A DNA stretch of 50,405 nt from a virus. The translations under genes were made by a program, and so were the position numbers. Each line of letters starts with the position of its first letter. The stretch's first letter is position 1. The notes under the pieces were generated by a model that saw nothing but the letters and a program-made list of their open reading frames with translations, made no database searches and was not told the DNA's origin. Below are positions 9,163 through 17,624 of the stretch, in pieces. The DNA lies in UHGV virus genome UHGV-0192279; one strand, 5' to 3'.

Positions 9163-9348
9163 ATGTATGCTATTTGTGTAGTTGACCGCACGGGCGCTTT
9201 TACATTATTTGACGACTATGAAATCAAAGATCTTACCGTAAAGGATGACAATGGCGAGATCTGGTATCTTCATGACGTTGGTGACGGGTATGTTGGGTGC
9301 AGGTCGAGAGAGGGAAGGGGAGTTTTATTTTTGGTTGATAGGGTATAA
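9163..9348 (+). CDS. small protein between M and L (61 aa)
   Basis: ATG with GGAG SD; track ORF 9121 start is in-frame upstream and overlaps M. Confidence 0.35.
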   Translation: MYAICVVDRTGAFTLFDDYEIKDLTVKDDNGEIWYLHDVGDGYVGCRSREGRGVLFLVDRV

Positions 9349-9448
9349 ACACGACCCCGCGCGAAGCGGGGTTTATAGTGTCGATAGCAGAATGCATAAC
9401 AATCCAATAATGATAATAATCACCTCCAGAACGTAATGTTCGCACATC

Positions 9449-9697
9449 TCATAACGCCCCCTTCAAATATGTCAATCCCTTATCAGTGACGAATGAATGG
9501 TTTACCTGGTTTTCATCCGTCATGATGATGAATAACTTTTCCTGTAGGTATTTCGCTTTTGGGTACAGCGTTAAACAGACCTGGTACAAAACCCCGCGCT
9601 CAATCAGCAAATCAATAAATTCGTGCTCATGATAACCGATAAGGCGGGCGGCCTGTTTCAACGTGTACACATAGTCACCGTGATTGCGCCGCGTCAT
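9449..9697 (-). CDS. small HTH-like protein (82 aa)
   Basis: Helix-turn-helix-like segment YTLKQAARLIGYHEHEFIDLLIERGVL; last gene of three-gene antisense cassette. Confidence 0.4.
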   Translation of the reverse strand: MTRRNHGDYVYTLKQAARLIGYHEHEFIDLLIERGVLYQVCLTLYPKAKYLQEKLFIIMTDENQVNHSFVTDKGLTYLKGAL

Positions 9698-9706
9698 ATT
9701 GCCACC

Positions 9707-10033
9707 TTATTTGCCGAACGCTCCCAGGTTGTCGATACAGAAATCTTTTGCCGCTTTTTCGTATTCACGTTTTGCTTGCGGATCATCTGCCGGGAAACCT
9801 TTTACGTGTATTTCACTAGGACAAGCCTGATCCATAGAGTTGGCAAAATTAACATTGAAGTTAACATTAATATCTTTCGGGTTCATATCTTCCACCTTAT
9901 CCGCTATTTGTACTGGAATGATTTTAAATTCCCTGGCGCGTCCGAAGAATCGAACAAGTTTTTCACCTTCCTCGATCGCCATTTCGTGACTATCATACAA
10001 GCCGTAACCTTCCCAATCCTTACTTCCTGCCAT
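9707..10033 (-). CDS. hypothetical protein (108 aa)
   Basis: ORF in antisense cassette; no recognisable motif. Confidence 0.4.
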   Translation of the reverse strand: MAGSKDWEGYGLYDSHEMAIEEGEKLVRFFGRAREFKIIPVQIADKVEDMNPKDINVNFNVNFANSMDQACPSEIHVKGFPADDPQAKREYEKAAKDFCIDNLGAFGK

Positions 10034-10081
10034 CCATACATCGAGACGATATTTTGCATGGTGTTACCTTTGTGTTTATTG

Positions 10082-10240
10082 TCATGCGTATCTGTTGTAG
10101 CTATTAGCCTTGCAAGCGTAATACTGACGTTCGGCTATATGGAACGGTTTTCCCATCTCTTTGATAAGAACATCCATAAATTTTTTCATGTCGCCTTTCA
10201 CTTCAACAAAAACTTTCTCTGCGTATTTTGCGGGTCTCAT
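10082..10240 (-). CDS. 52-aa ORF (MRPAKYAEKVFVEVKGD...)
   Basis: Below track cutoff; ATG at cassette 5' end with weak SD. Confidence 0.25.
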   Translation of the reverse strand: MRPAKYAEKVFVEVKGDMKKFMDVLIKEMGKPFHIAERQYYACKANSYNRYA

Positions 10241-10300
10241 AGTGTTCTACCTTGTTCAAAGTTGTGCCATTTTGTTGACTCCCCTTCGTTTGAGTAAAAT

Positions 10301-10314
10301 ATACATATTGTAAA
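10301..10314 (+). repeat. 14-bp repeat ATACATATTGTAAA copy 2
   Basis: Exact copy of 8696-8709, 67 nt upstream of the L start codon. Confidence 0.6.
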
Positions 10315-10380
10315 AATATGGATCAATCCATTTTGGCATGATCTTGCGTGATGCAGATCACAAAATGACAAGGTGAGAAA

Positions 10381-11085
10381 ATGCGCAATATACCTACAGA
10401 GATGATTATTGATTCCGTCGATGCCGGAGTCGGCGCGGTAATTGACTTGTTCGAACTGGACCTTACGCCCCTGGGTGGCGAGGTTATCCGCTTCCATTCC
10501 GGCGCAAACGGCTATTACGGCCCGGTTATCTGGAAGGGGGCGGCTTACAACAGTTACCCCATCGAGGCTACTGGCTTCGAAATGAAAAACGAAGGCGTTT
10601 ATTCGCGCCCTCAAATGGTTGTAGCCAACATCGGCGGGCTAATTACGGGGATGAATAACGATTTCAACGACCTAAGAGGCATGAAGGTTACGCGCCGCCA
10701 GGTGGAGGTGAAATATCTTGACGCTGTTAACTTCCCTAACGGAAACCCCGACGCAGATCCATCTATTGAAGCTGTGTCTTTTTACGTCGTGGAGTCCATG
10801 AGCGAAGAAACAGCGGATCAGGTGCAATATGAACTGTCAACGCCAATTGATGCAGATAAGGCTGTTATTCCTGGGCGCACCATCCTTGCTGACGTTTGCC
10901 AGTGGCAATACAGAGGCGACGGGTGCATGTATTCTGGCGGCCCGGTCGCAACGGATAAAGATTCACCAACAAGTGACCCAACGTTAGACAAGTGCAGTCA
11001 CCGCCTTAGCGGTTGCCGTTTGCGTTTCCCGCGCCCGGCAGCACTGCCGATCTCCTGTTTCCCTGGTTCCAGCAAGGTAGGTTAA
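10381..11085 (+). CDS. L: minor tail protein L (234 aa)
   Basis: Strong similarity to lambda gpL (RPT..V.N..G..TGM, RRKV..LDAVNF.NGN, GR..LA..C.W.YRGD.C.YSG, DKCS..LSGC). Confidence 0.9.
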   Translation: MRNIPTEMIIDSVDAGVGAVIDLFELDLTPLGGEVIRFHSGANGYYGPVIWKGAAYNSYPIEATGFEMKNEGVYSRPQMVVANIGGLITGMNNDFNDLRGMKVTRRQVEVKYLDAVNFPNGNPDADPSIEAVSFYVVESMSEETADQVQYELSTPIDADKAVIPGRTILADVCQWQYRGDGCMYSGGPVATDKDSPTSDPTLDKCSHRLSGCRLRFPRPAALPISCFPGSSKVG

Positions 11086-11087
11086 TC

Positions 11088-11819
11088 ATGGGGATGGAAG
11101 ACAAAATGTCGCGTTATGCCGCCGCGCATCCGTTTGAGGAAGTTTGCGGACTTGTAATAGATAACGAGTATTTTTACCCGTGCGCTAACGTGTCTGAAAC
11201 GCCTCACAACAGCTTCAAGATTTCGCCGGACGATTACATCAAAGCGGACGAATTGGGCGTTATAACCGCCGTTTTCCACTCCCACGTTGATGATATTTCG
11301 GTATTGTCTGCGCGGGATCGACAACAGCAGGTTATTTCCGGTCTGCCGTGGTTTTTATATTCCGGCGGCAAGATAAGAAAATTTCGCCCGGTGGCGCACC
11401 TGCTAGGCCGTAAGTTTGTGCACGGGGTAACTGACTGCTACGCGCTTTTCCGTGACGCCTATCACCTTTGTGGTGTAGACCTGCCGGACTTCGAGCGCCT
11501 TGATGGCTGGTGGCTGCGCGGTGAAAACCTGTATTTAAAAAACTTGCCGCAAAACGGGTTTTATCAGGTTGATGCGCAAAGCATCCAGCCAGGTGACGTA
11601 ATCATCAGACAGCCGTTTAAAGGTGCGGATCCATGCCACGCAATGATTTACCTGGGTGATAACACGGTTTTGCATCATGACCATGCCGGACTATTAAGCC
11701 GCCGCGAGCAAATGCGGCCTGCTTATGTTCGACAAACGCATTCAATATGGAGATCTGATAAATGCTCAAATTTAGATTTACGGGCAATCTTCGAAGATAT
11801 TACAGCAAAGTGTGTTTAA
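11088..11819 (+). CDS. K: tail tip protein K (JAMM/NlpC-P60-like), 243 aa
   Basis: Similarity to lambda gpK incl. JAMM motif HSHx7Sx2D and HGVTDCY..FRDAYHL; ATG at 11088 with AGGTAGG SD (track start 11013 overlaps L). Confidence 0.9.
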   Translation: MGMEDKMSRYAAAHPFEEVCGLVIDNEYFYPCANVSETPHNSFKISPDDYIKADELGVITAVFHSHVDDISVLSARDRQQQVISGLPWFLYSGGKIRKFRPVAHLLGRKFVHGVTDCYALFRDAYHLCGVDLPDFERLDGWWLRGENLYLKNLPQNGFYQVDAQSIQPGDVIIRQPFKGADPCHAMIYLGDNTVLHHDHAGLLSRREQMRPAYVRQTHSIWRSDKCSNLDLRAIFEDITAKCV

Positions 11820-12292
11820 ACGTTGAAACGCCAGCGCAAGGACTTCGCTTATTGACGGCGCAGAATCAGGAATTCAAAAAGGCATTTTTAAACACTCCTT
11901 TGCGCTTACGAATTGCCGGGAAAGATTACGACGAAAAAACCGCGCCAGCGGCGGTCAATAGCAAATATCCAGATGGAACTACGGTTATTATTGCGCCAAT
12001 AGTCGAAGGTGGTATTGCAGGTATTGGCGTGATCGGCTGGATTATGATTGGGATATCAGTTGTCAGTGTCGCTTTTTCTATTTTTATGTCTCGCAACATG
12101 AAAGTGAAAACATCGTCTGAAAGCGCACAGGATAACACCATCACAAACAATTCTTACACCAGTGTAGAAAACAGGGTGGGCCAGGGAAGACCAGTTCCTA
12201 TCTTATTGGGTGAAATGAAAGTTGGTTCAAACGTCGGATCGTTAGGTATAGACACAACCAACAATAAAGACGCCTTAGACGTTGTAAGTTAA
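11762..12292 (+). CDS. I: tail assembly protein I (176 aa)
   Basis: Similarity to lambda gpI (RIAGKD..., Gly-rich hydrophobic core, LGEMKVGS); overlaps K end as in lambda. Confidence 0.85.
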   Translation: MLKFRFTGNLRRYYSKVCLNVETPAQGLRLLTAQNQEFKKAFLNTPLRLRIAGKDYDEKTAPAAVNSKYPDGTTVIIAPIVEGGIAGIGVIGWIMIGISVVSVAFSIFMSRNMKVKTSSESAQDNTITNNSYTSVENRVGQGRPVPILLGEMKVGSNVGSLGIDTTNNKDALDVVS

Positions 12293-12306
12293 CAGGAGAA
12301 TCAACC

Positions 12307-15300
12307 ATGAGTAGCGGCGGCGGTGGTAAAGCAAAAACACCAACATTAATAAACGATAACCTTTATCACAAACAGTTTTATCGTGTACTCGATATTATTT
12401 CAGAAGGGCCGATTTATGGCCCTGTCAATACAAAAGCGCCATTAAATAGCGTGATGCTTAATGACACGCCTGTTACTGACGCAAACGGAAATACAAGCGT
12501 TCATGGTGTTAGTGTGGCGTGGCGTAACGGCACGTTAGATCAATCTCCGATTAACGGTTTTAACGGCATTGAATCAACCACTATTGTTAACGCTAAGGTA
12601 ACTCACGACACGCCAATAATCAGGACTGTTTCCGATCCTAACGTAAACCGCGTTCGCCTGAATATCGGCGTGGATTCGCTTGTGCAGTCTGACGAGCAAA
12701 GCAATCAACATAACACATCCGTAATGATGGCGATTGAAGTTAAACCATCCTCATTTTCGGCATGGTCGCTGGCTAAAAGCGTAACCATCGGCCCGGGTAA
12801 GCAGAGCGGCGAATATCTCGAATCTCATGTCATTAACGCTCCAAATGAAAGACCTTTCGATATTCGCGTTCGCCGTGTAACAGCCGATAGCACAAGCGAT
12901 CTATTGCAGAATGATACGAGATGGAGTAGTTACAGCGAAATAATCGACGATAATTTGTCTTATCCTCACACCGCTGTAGCTGGCGCGGTGATTGATCATG
13001 ATCAGTACGCTGACACGCCTACCCGCACTTATCACCTGCGCGGGCTGATTGTTGATGTTCCTGATAACTATAACCCGGAAACTCGCACTTATTCCGGTTT
13101 ATGGCTTGGCGGATTCAAACAGGCATACAGTAATAACCCCGCCTGGATATTCCGCTATCTGGTTAAAAACAGGCGTTTCGGCCTTGCCCGTCATGCTGGC
13201 TATATTGACGTTGACGACGGCGCATTATATACGCTTTCTCAATACTGCGATCAGCTGGTCGATGATGGTTATGGCGGCCTTGAGCCTCGCATGACGCTTA
13301 ATGCTTACATTACGGAGCAGATGAGCGCCCGCGACTTACTGGACAATATCGCCGGGATGTTCCGAGGCATCGCGTTATGGGACGGGCAACGCCTCACCGT
13401 GATGATTGATGCACCACAAGACCCGATCGCCACCATTACAAACGCAAACGTCGTTGACGGGGCGTTCACTCGATCGAGTATCTCCCGCGCGGAATGCTAC
13501 AACGCCGTGATTGTGTCCTGGACTGACCCGGAAAACGGCTGGGAGCAATCAAAAGAGTATGTAGCAGATGATGAGCTAATCGCCCGCGATGGTTACAACG
13601 AAACCACGATGGAGGCGTTCGGCTGTACGTCACGCGGGCAAGCGCACCGCGCGGGCAAATGGCTGATAGAAACAGCAAAACGCGAGCCGTCAAAATTCAC
13701 GTTTAAAATGGCGCGTGACGCAATTCACTTTACGCCAGGGGATATAATCGAGATCCTCGACAATAACCGCGCTGGCGCTCGCTTAGGCGGTCGCATCGTG
13801 GCGAACAATGGTAAAGTGATAACGGTAGATAAGGTCGATTCAGAATATATTGCGGCTGGCGACACTATAAGTCTTCTTGATAGCGATGGAAAATTTAAAA
13901 AACATCAGATCACTGGTGTTAACGGGAACAAAATCACACTGGCAGCGGCCCCGGCATGGATTCGGAACGGGACTGTTTTTGCTGTATCAACCGAAGCAGC
14001 AAAACCCGTTTTATGCAGGATCACCAGCGTAGCCGAAACTGAAAACAACAGCGTGTACACCATCGAGGCCGCGCAGCACGACCCGAACAAACAAGCGGTA
14101 GTCGATGAAGGCGCAATATTTGAAATCAACAACGACACGCTTAATCATTTCCGCGTTCCGAACATAGAAAACCTGAAAGTAATAAACATTGCGTCAGAGA
14201 CTGTTCAATGCCGCGCTACATGGGAAACACAGACAACTACGCATCGCATGACCTTCGAGATCCGCATATACAATGCAGATGGTGCGGTGGTTAAAAGCTA
14301 TGAAACCACGAAATATAGTTATGATTTTTATGGTATTGAAGCTGGCGTGTATTCTTTAGGCGTTCGCGGAAGAAATGATACTGGCATGAAGGGTGCAGAA
14401 AGTATCGTTGACCTTGTTATCGGTGCGCCAGCAGCACCGATCGGCGTTAATTGGGTTCCCGGCGTATTTCAGGCGACCGTGTACCCGATAAGCAAAACCA
14501 CACTTACTACCGATACGTCATACGAATTCTACTATGCAGGGGAAAACCAGATCACAGATCCGGCAAAAATAACCACGTCGGCACAGTTTACCGGGCGCGG
14601 TTATCAGTGGACTTTTGGCGGCATGAACACGGGCCACACTTATTACGTTTATGTTCGCACTCGTAATGCTTTTGGTGTGTCTGATTTCGTCGAGGCATCA
14701 GGTAAGCCAACAGAGGATTTTGACGAAATCACTGATTACGTTACAAAGGATGTAATGGAATCAGAGCAATTCAAAGAGATGATTAGCGATATTAAAGATC
14801 TTGGCGATCGCACTGATATTATAGAAAGTGCGACCAACGACCTTAAATCCGCTACTGACGACCTTAAGGCAGCCACCGACGACCTTAAAGCTGACACAGA
14901 TACACTTAAAAAAGACACCGAAGACCTTTATAAAAAAGTCGAAGAAAACGCCGATGGAATAGGCAAACATGAGGTAAGAATAGACTCATTAGAGGTATCA
15001 AACGAAAACGTTAACAACGAACTGGCACAGACAAAAGCAAGTTTACAAAACGCTTCGCTTGCTCTGATCAATAACTCGCTTGCTCAAACTAACACGCGGG
15101 TTACTCTTACCGCTCAATATAAGAAAGGTCGCAACGAAACGAAGGCACAGATTGACCGCATCGACAACGTTATCGCAGAGGAGAAAAAAGCGACAGCGGA
15201 ATCACTGGAAACCATCACAGCCGAAATAAATACGATGGACTCAAACATCAAAGGAGAAATAGCCCGAGTAGACAAAGCAATGGCAACCGAAACGCAGGCG

Positions 15301-16524
15301 AGAACGGAGGCTATAAGCAACGTTAACGCCAGTATCAGCAGCCTGGAAAACAAAACTGATGCGAGCGTTTCTCGTCTCGATAAAGCAATATCAGATGAAA
15401 TGCAGGCAAGAAGCGACGCAATAACAGAGGTTAAAGCTGATTTAACAACGCTTGAAAATAGCACAAATGCCAGTGTTAGCCGCCTGGATCAAGCTATCGC
15501 TGACGAATCAAGTGCGCGCGCTCAGGCAATATCAGGTATCAGTGCGGAGCTTGGTCTTGTTGAAAATGAGGTTGATAAAAACAGCGACGAAATAGATCAG
15601 GCGAAAGCAAGTCTGCAAAACGCCTCGATTGCACTTATCAACAACTCAATAGCGCAAAGTAAAATGAGCACTGTTATTGAGGCAAAATACAGGAAAGGCC
15701 AGACAAAAACAAAAGCAGAAATAGCAAGGGTCGACACAGCAATAGCGGACGAAACCCAGGCCCGCGCGGAAGCTATAGCATCACTTGAAGCCAATATTAA
15801 TGAAAATATTTCAGCAAAAATAACAGATATATCAACGGCGCTCGCTACTCACGAGGCATCAAGTGCTGAAAAATTTGTCCAAATATCGGCATCTTTCGAC
15901 GATGTAAACTCAAGCATCACTGAATGGTCGCAGGCCATGACAACGGCGGACGAGGCATTATCAACCAAAATTGATCAGCTGAAAGTGACCGTTAACGGGA
16001 ACACAACAGCGATCGAGACAACATCGAAAGCGTTAACCGATTTCAAAGGCAACGTTGATGCGTCATATTCAATCAAGCTCGCCACCGATAACAACGGCAT
16101 GAAATACGCTACAGGTATGTCGCTTGGATTGACTGGAGACGGGACTAACTTTCAGTCACAGTGTATTTTCCTTGTTGATCGCTTTGTGTTAATGACTGCC
16201 GCAAACGGTACATATCAAACGCCTTTCTACGTTCAAAATGGCTCTTGCTATATACGCGACGCATGGATCAAAGACGCAACAATCACAAGTGCTAAGATCG
16301 CACAGCAGATACAATCATCTAACTACGCGTCAGGATCCGCAGGGTGGATGATTAATAAAGATGGTAGAGCTGAATTTAACAACGTTACCGTGAGAGGTAG
16401 TGTTATTGTTCAAGGCGGCGGAACATTTAGCATGACGAGGAGCGACGGGCGCGTAATTCTTAATAATAACGGTGTTAGAGTTAATCTGCCGAATGGTGGC
16501 GTGATAATACTTGGATACTGGTAA
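12307..16524 (+). CDS. J: host-specificity/central tail fibre protein J (1405 aa)
   Basis: Colinear similarity to lambda gpJ across N-terminal 1000 aa (SEGPI.GPV, YHLRG..., FGCTSRGQAHRAGKWL...); C-terminal part contains coiled-coil repeats. Confidence 0.95.
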   Translation: MSSGGGGKAKTPTLINDNLYHKQFYRVLDIISEGPIYGPVNTKAPLNSVMLNDTPVTDANGNTSVHGVSVAWRNGTLDQSPINGFNGIESTTIVNAKVTHDTPIIRTVSDPNVNRVRLNIGVDSLVQSDEQSNQHNTSVMMAIEVKPSSFSAWSLAKSVTIGPGKQSGEYLESHVINAPNERPFDIRVRRVTADSTSDLLQNDTRWSSYSEIIDDNLSYPHTAVAGAVIDHDQYADTPTRTYHLRGLIVDVPDNYNPETRTYSGLWLGGFKQAYSNNPAWIFRYLVKNRRFGLARHAGYIDVDDGALYTLSQYCDQLVDDGYGGLEPRMTLNAYITEQMSARDLLDNIAGMFRGIALWDGQRLTVMIDAPQDPIATITNANVVDGAFTRSSISRAECYNAVIVSWTDPENGWEQSKEYVADDELIARDGYNETTMEAFGCTSRGQAHRAGKWLIETAKREPSKFTFKMARDAIHFTPGDIIEILDNNRAGARLGGRIVANNGKVITVDKVDSEYIAAGDTISLLDSDGKFKKHQITGVNGNKITLAAAPAWIRNGTVFAVSTEAAKPVLCRITSVAETENNSVYTIEAAQHDPNKQAVVDEGAIFEINNDTLNHFRVPNIENLKVINIASETVQCRATWETQTTTHRMTFEIRIYNADGAVVKSYETTKYSYDFYGIEAGVYSLGVRGRNDTGMKGAESIVDLVIGAPAAPIGVNWVPGVFQATVYPISKTTLTTDTSYEFYYAGENQITDPAKITTSAQFTGRGYQWTFGGMNTGHTYYVYVRTRNAFGVSDFVEASGKPTEDFDEITDYVTKDVMESEQFKEMISDIKDLGDRTDIIESATNDLKSATDDLKAATDDLKADTDTLKKDTEDLYKKVEENADGIGKHEVRIDSLEVSNENVNNELAQTKASLQNASLALINNSLAQTNTRVTLTAQYKKGRNETKAQIDRIDNVIAEEKKATAESLETITAEINTMDSNIKGEIARVDKAMATETQARTEAISNVNASISSLENKTDASVSRLDKAISDEMQARSDAITEVKADLTTLENSTNASVSRLDQAIADESSARAQAISGISAELGLVENEVDKNSDEIDQAKASLQNASIALINNSIAQSKMSTVIEAKYRKGQTKTKAEIARVDTAIADETQARAEAIASLEANINENISAKITDISTALATHEASSAEKFVQISASFDDVNSSITEWSQAMTTADEALSTKIDQLKVTVNGNTTAIETTSKALTDFKGNVDASYSIKLATDNNGMKYATGMSLGLTGDGTNFQSQCIFLVDRFVLMTAANGTYQTPFYVQNGSCYIRDAWIKDATITSAKIAQQIQSSNYASGSAGWMINKDGRAEFNNVTVRGSVIVQGGGTFSMTRSDGRVILNNNGVRVNLPNGGVIILGYW

Positions 16525-16556
16525 TAAAAAGCCCCTACATAGGGGCTTTATTTTTC
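16525..16556. terminator. bidirectional terminator between convergent J and antisense gene
   Basis: A5-AGCCCCT-acat-AGGGGCT-T3AT5; T-runs on both strands. Confidence 0.65.
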
Positions 16557-17517
16557 AATACATTGCTGGTAACAGCGGGTAATTAATGTTAGCGATAGCG
16601 TTTACATGCCTCCCATTTGTCCTTGCAACTATCAGACTCCCCCTGCTTGGTCTAATGTATCCACCTGATCTTATTGCGCCGTAATAGTAATAATAGTACA
16701 TATTTATGTTTTTCTCAGTTAACGCGCCGTATCTTGCTATAGGAACGAATGCATTGCCTATATATTGATTACCATTAGCCATGTTAAATGTACCACCAAA
16801 AACAAACGGCCTTTGTGCCGTTGAGAACACAACCTGACCGGATGCATTCCTCATTACCAATCCAGCATTGCCAGCAGCAGGAGTCTGCCTTCTAAATACA
16901 ACTAAATCCATGTTAACAGTTGCGTCAACGGTGATGTAATCACTCCCTAGCGCGACTCTTGTACACTTTATGGTGTTCCCTGATCTTTCAACAACAACAT
17001 TAGGATCATCCCATCTACCAAACGCCACCACAGTTCCAGACGGCAAATTATAAGTCCCAGTAAACGTAATGTTCCCAGCGTAAGTGCAACATAATAAATT
17101 AGAATTCGTTGTTATCGTAGTGAAATCAGTTGAATCTCTTATATATAAACCAGCTCCGCTATTGCTTGGGTATCCTATTTCAAAAAACAAACCGCTAACC
17201 AGTACGGTATCACCTTCCCATCCGGGCCCGTTTGCATAACCAAAATCTACCTTCCATTGAGTAGAGTTTAACTTAGTAACATTGCTGATCCAGCATACAT
17301 TAGTAGTTGGATAAACTTCTTTTATAGTTGCAGGCTTTAATGAAAAGAAAAAACCGTCACTACCACCAGGGAAGCAGGTTGGCATTGTGAATGTATAGCT
17401 TGTGGTTTCGGCGGGAATTGACCCAAACGATCCGCAATATGACGGCGCTCTTAATCCTGAAGTAATTTCCATCGCCGGACGGCCATCATTAAGATCTATG
17501 TATAAACCTTGCCCCAT
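16555..17517 (-). CDS. hypothetical beta-rich protein (320 aa), antisense between J and tail fibre
   Basis: GGGGGAA SD before ATG; Gly/Thr/Asn/Tyr-rich with YYYYYYG run; no signal peptide recognised. Confidence 0.5.
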   Translation of the reverse strand: MGQGLYIDLNDGRPAMEITSGLRAPSYCGSFGSIPAETTSYTFTMPTCFPGGSDGFFFSLKPATIKEVYPTTNVCWISNVTKLNSTQWKVDFGYANGPGWEGDTVLVSGLFFEIGYPSNSGAGLYIRDSTDFTTITTNSNLLCCTYAGNITFTGTYNLPSGTVVAFGRWDDPNVVVERSGNTIKCTRVALGSDYITVDATVNMDLVVFRRQTPAAGNAGLVMRNASGQVVFSTAQRPFVFGGTFNMANGNQYIGNAFVPIARYGALTEKNINMYYYYYYGAIRSGGYIRPSRGSLIVARTNGRHVNAIANINYPLLPAMY

Positions 17518-17585
17518 GATATTCCCCCAACATTTAATATCTTATAGAAATAATAATATGCATATTTTGTGTGAGCAAATACAGT

Positions 17586-17594
17586 TGGTATAAT
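17586..17594 (+). promoter_or_regulatory. extended -10 promoter element (TGgTATAAT) for tail fibre gene
   Basis: Perfect TGnTATAAT in divergent intergenic region; weak -35 (TTGTGT). Confidence 0.45.
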
Positions 17595-17624
17595 ATTATA
17601 ACTAATAACAAAGGAGTCATTGCG

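Noticed and set aside
10237-10614. 125-aa minus-strand ORF overlapping gene L
   Set aside because: Overlaps the strongly supported L gene on the opposite strand and lacks an SD.
13049-15794. Small ORFs on both strands inside J
   Set aside because: Embedded in the J reading frame, which is colinear with lambda J; low-complexity translations consistent with antisense reading of coiled-coil repeats.
16525-17624. Possibility that the antisense gene between J and the fibre gene is an invertible host-range segment
   Set aside because: No flanking inverted repeats and no invertase gene anywhere in the window; the junctions are ordinary terminators and a promoter.
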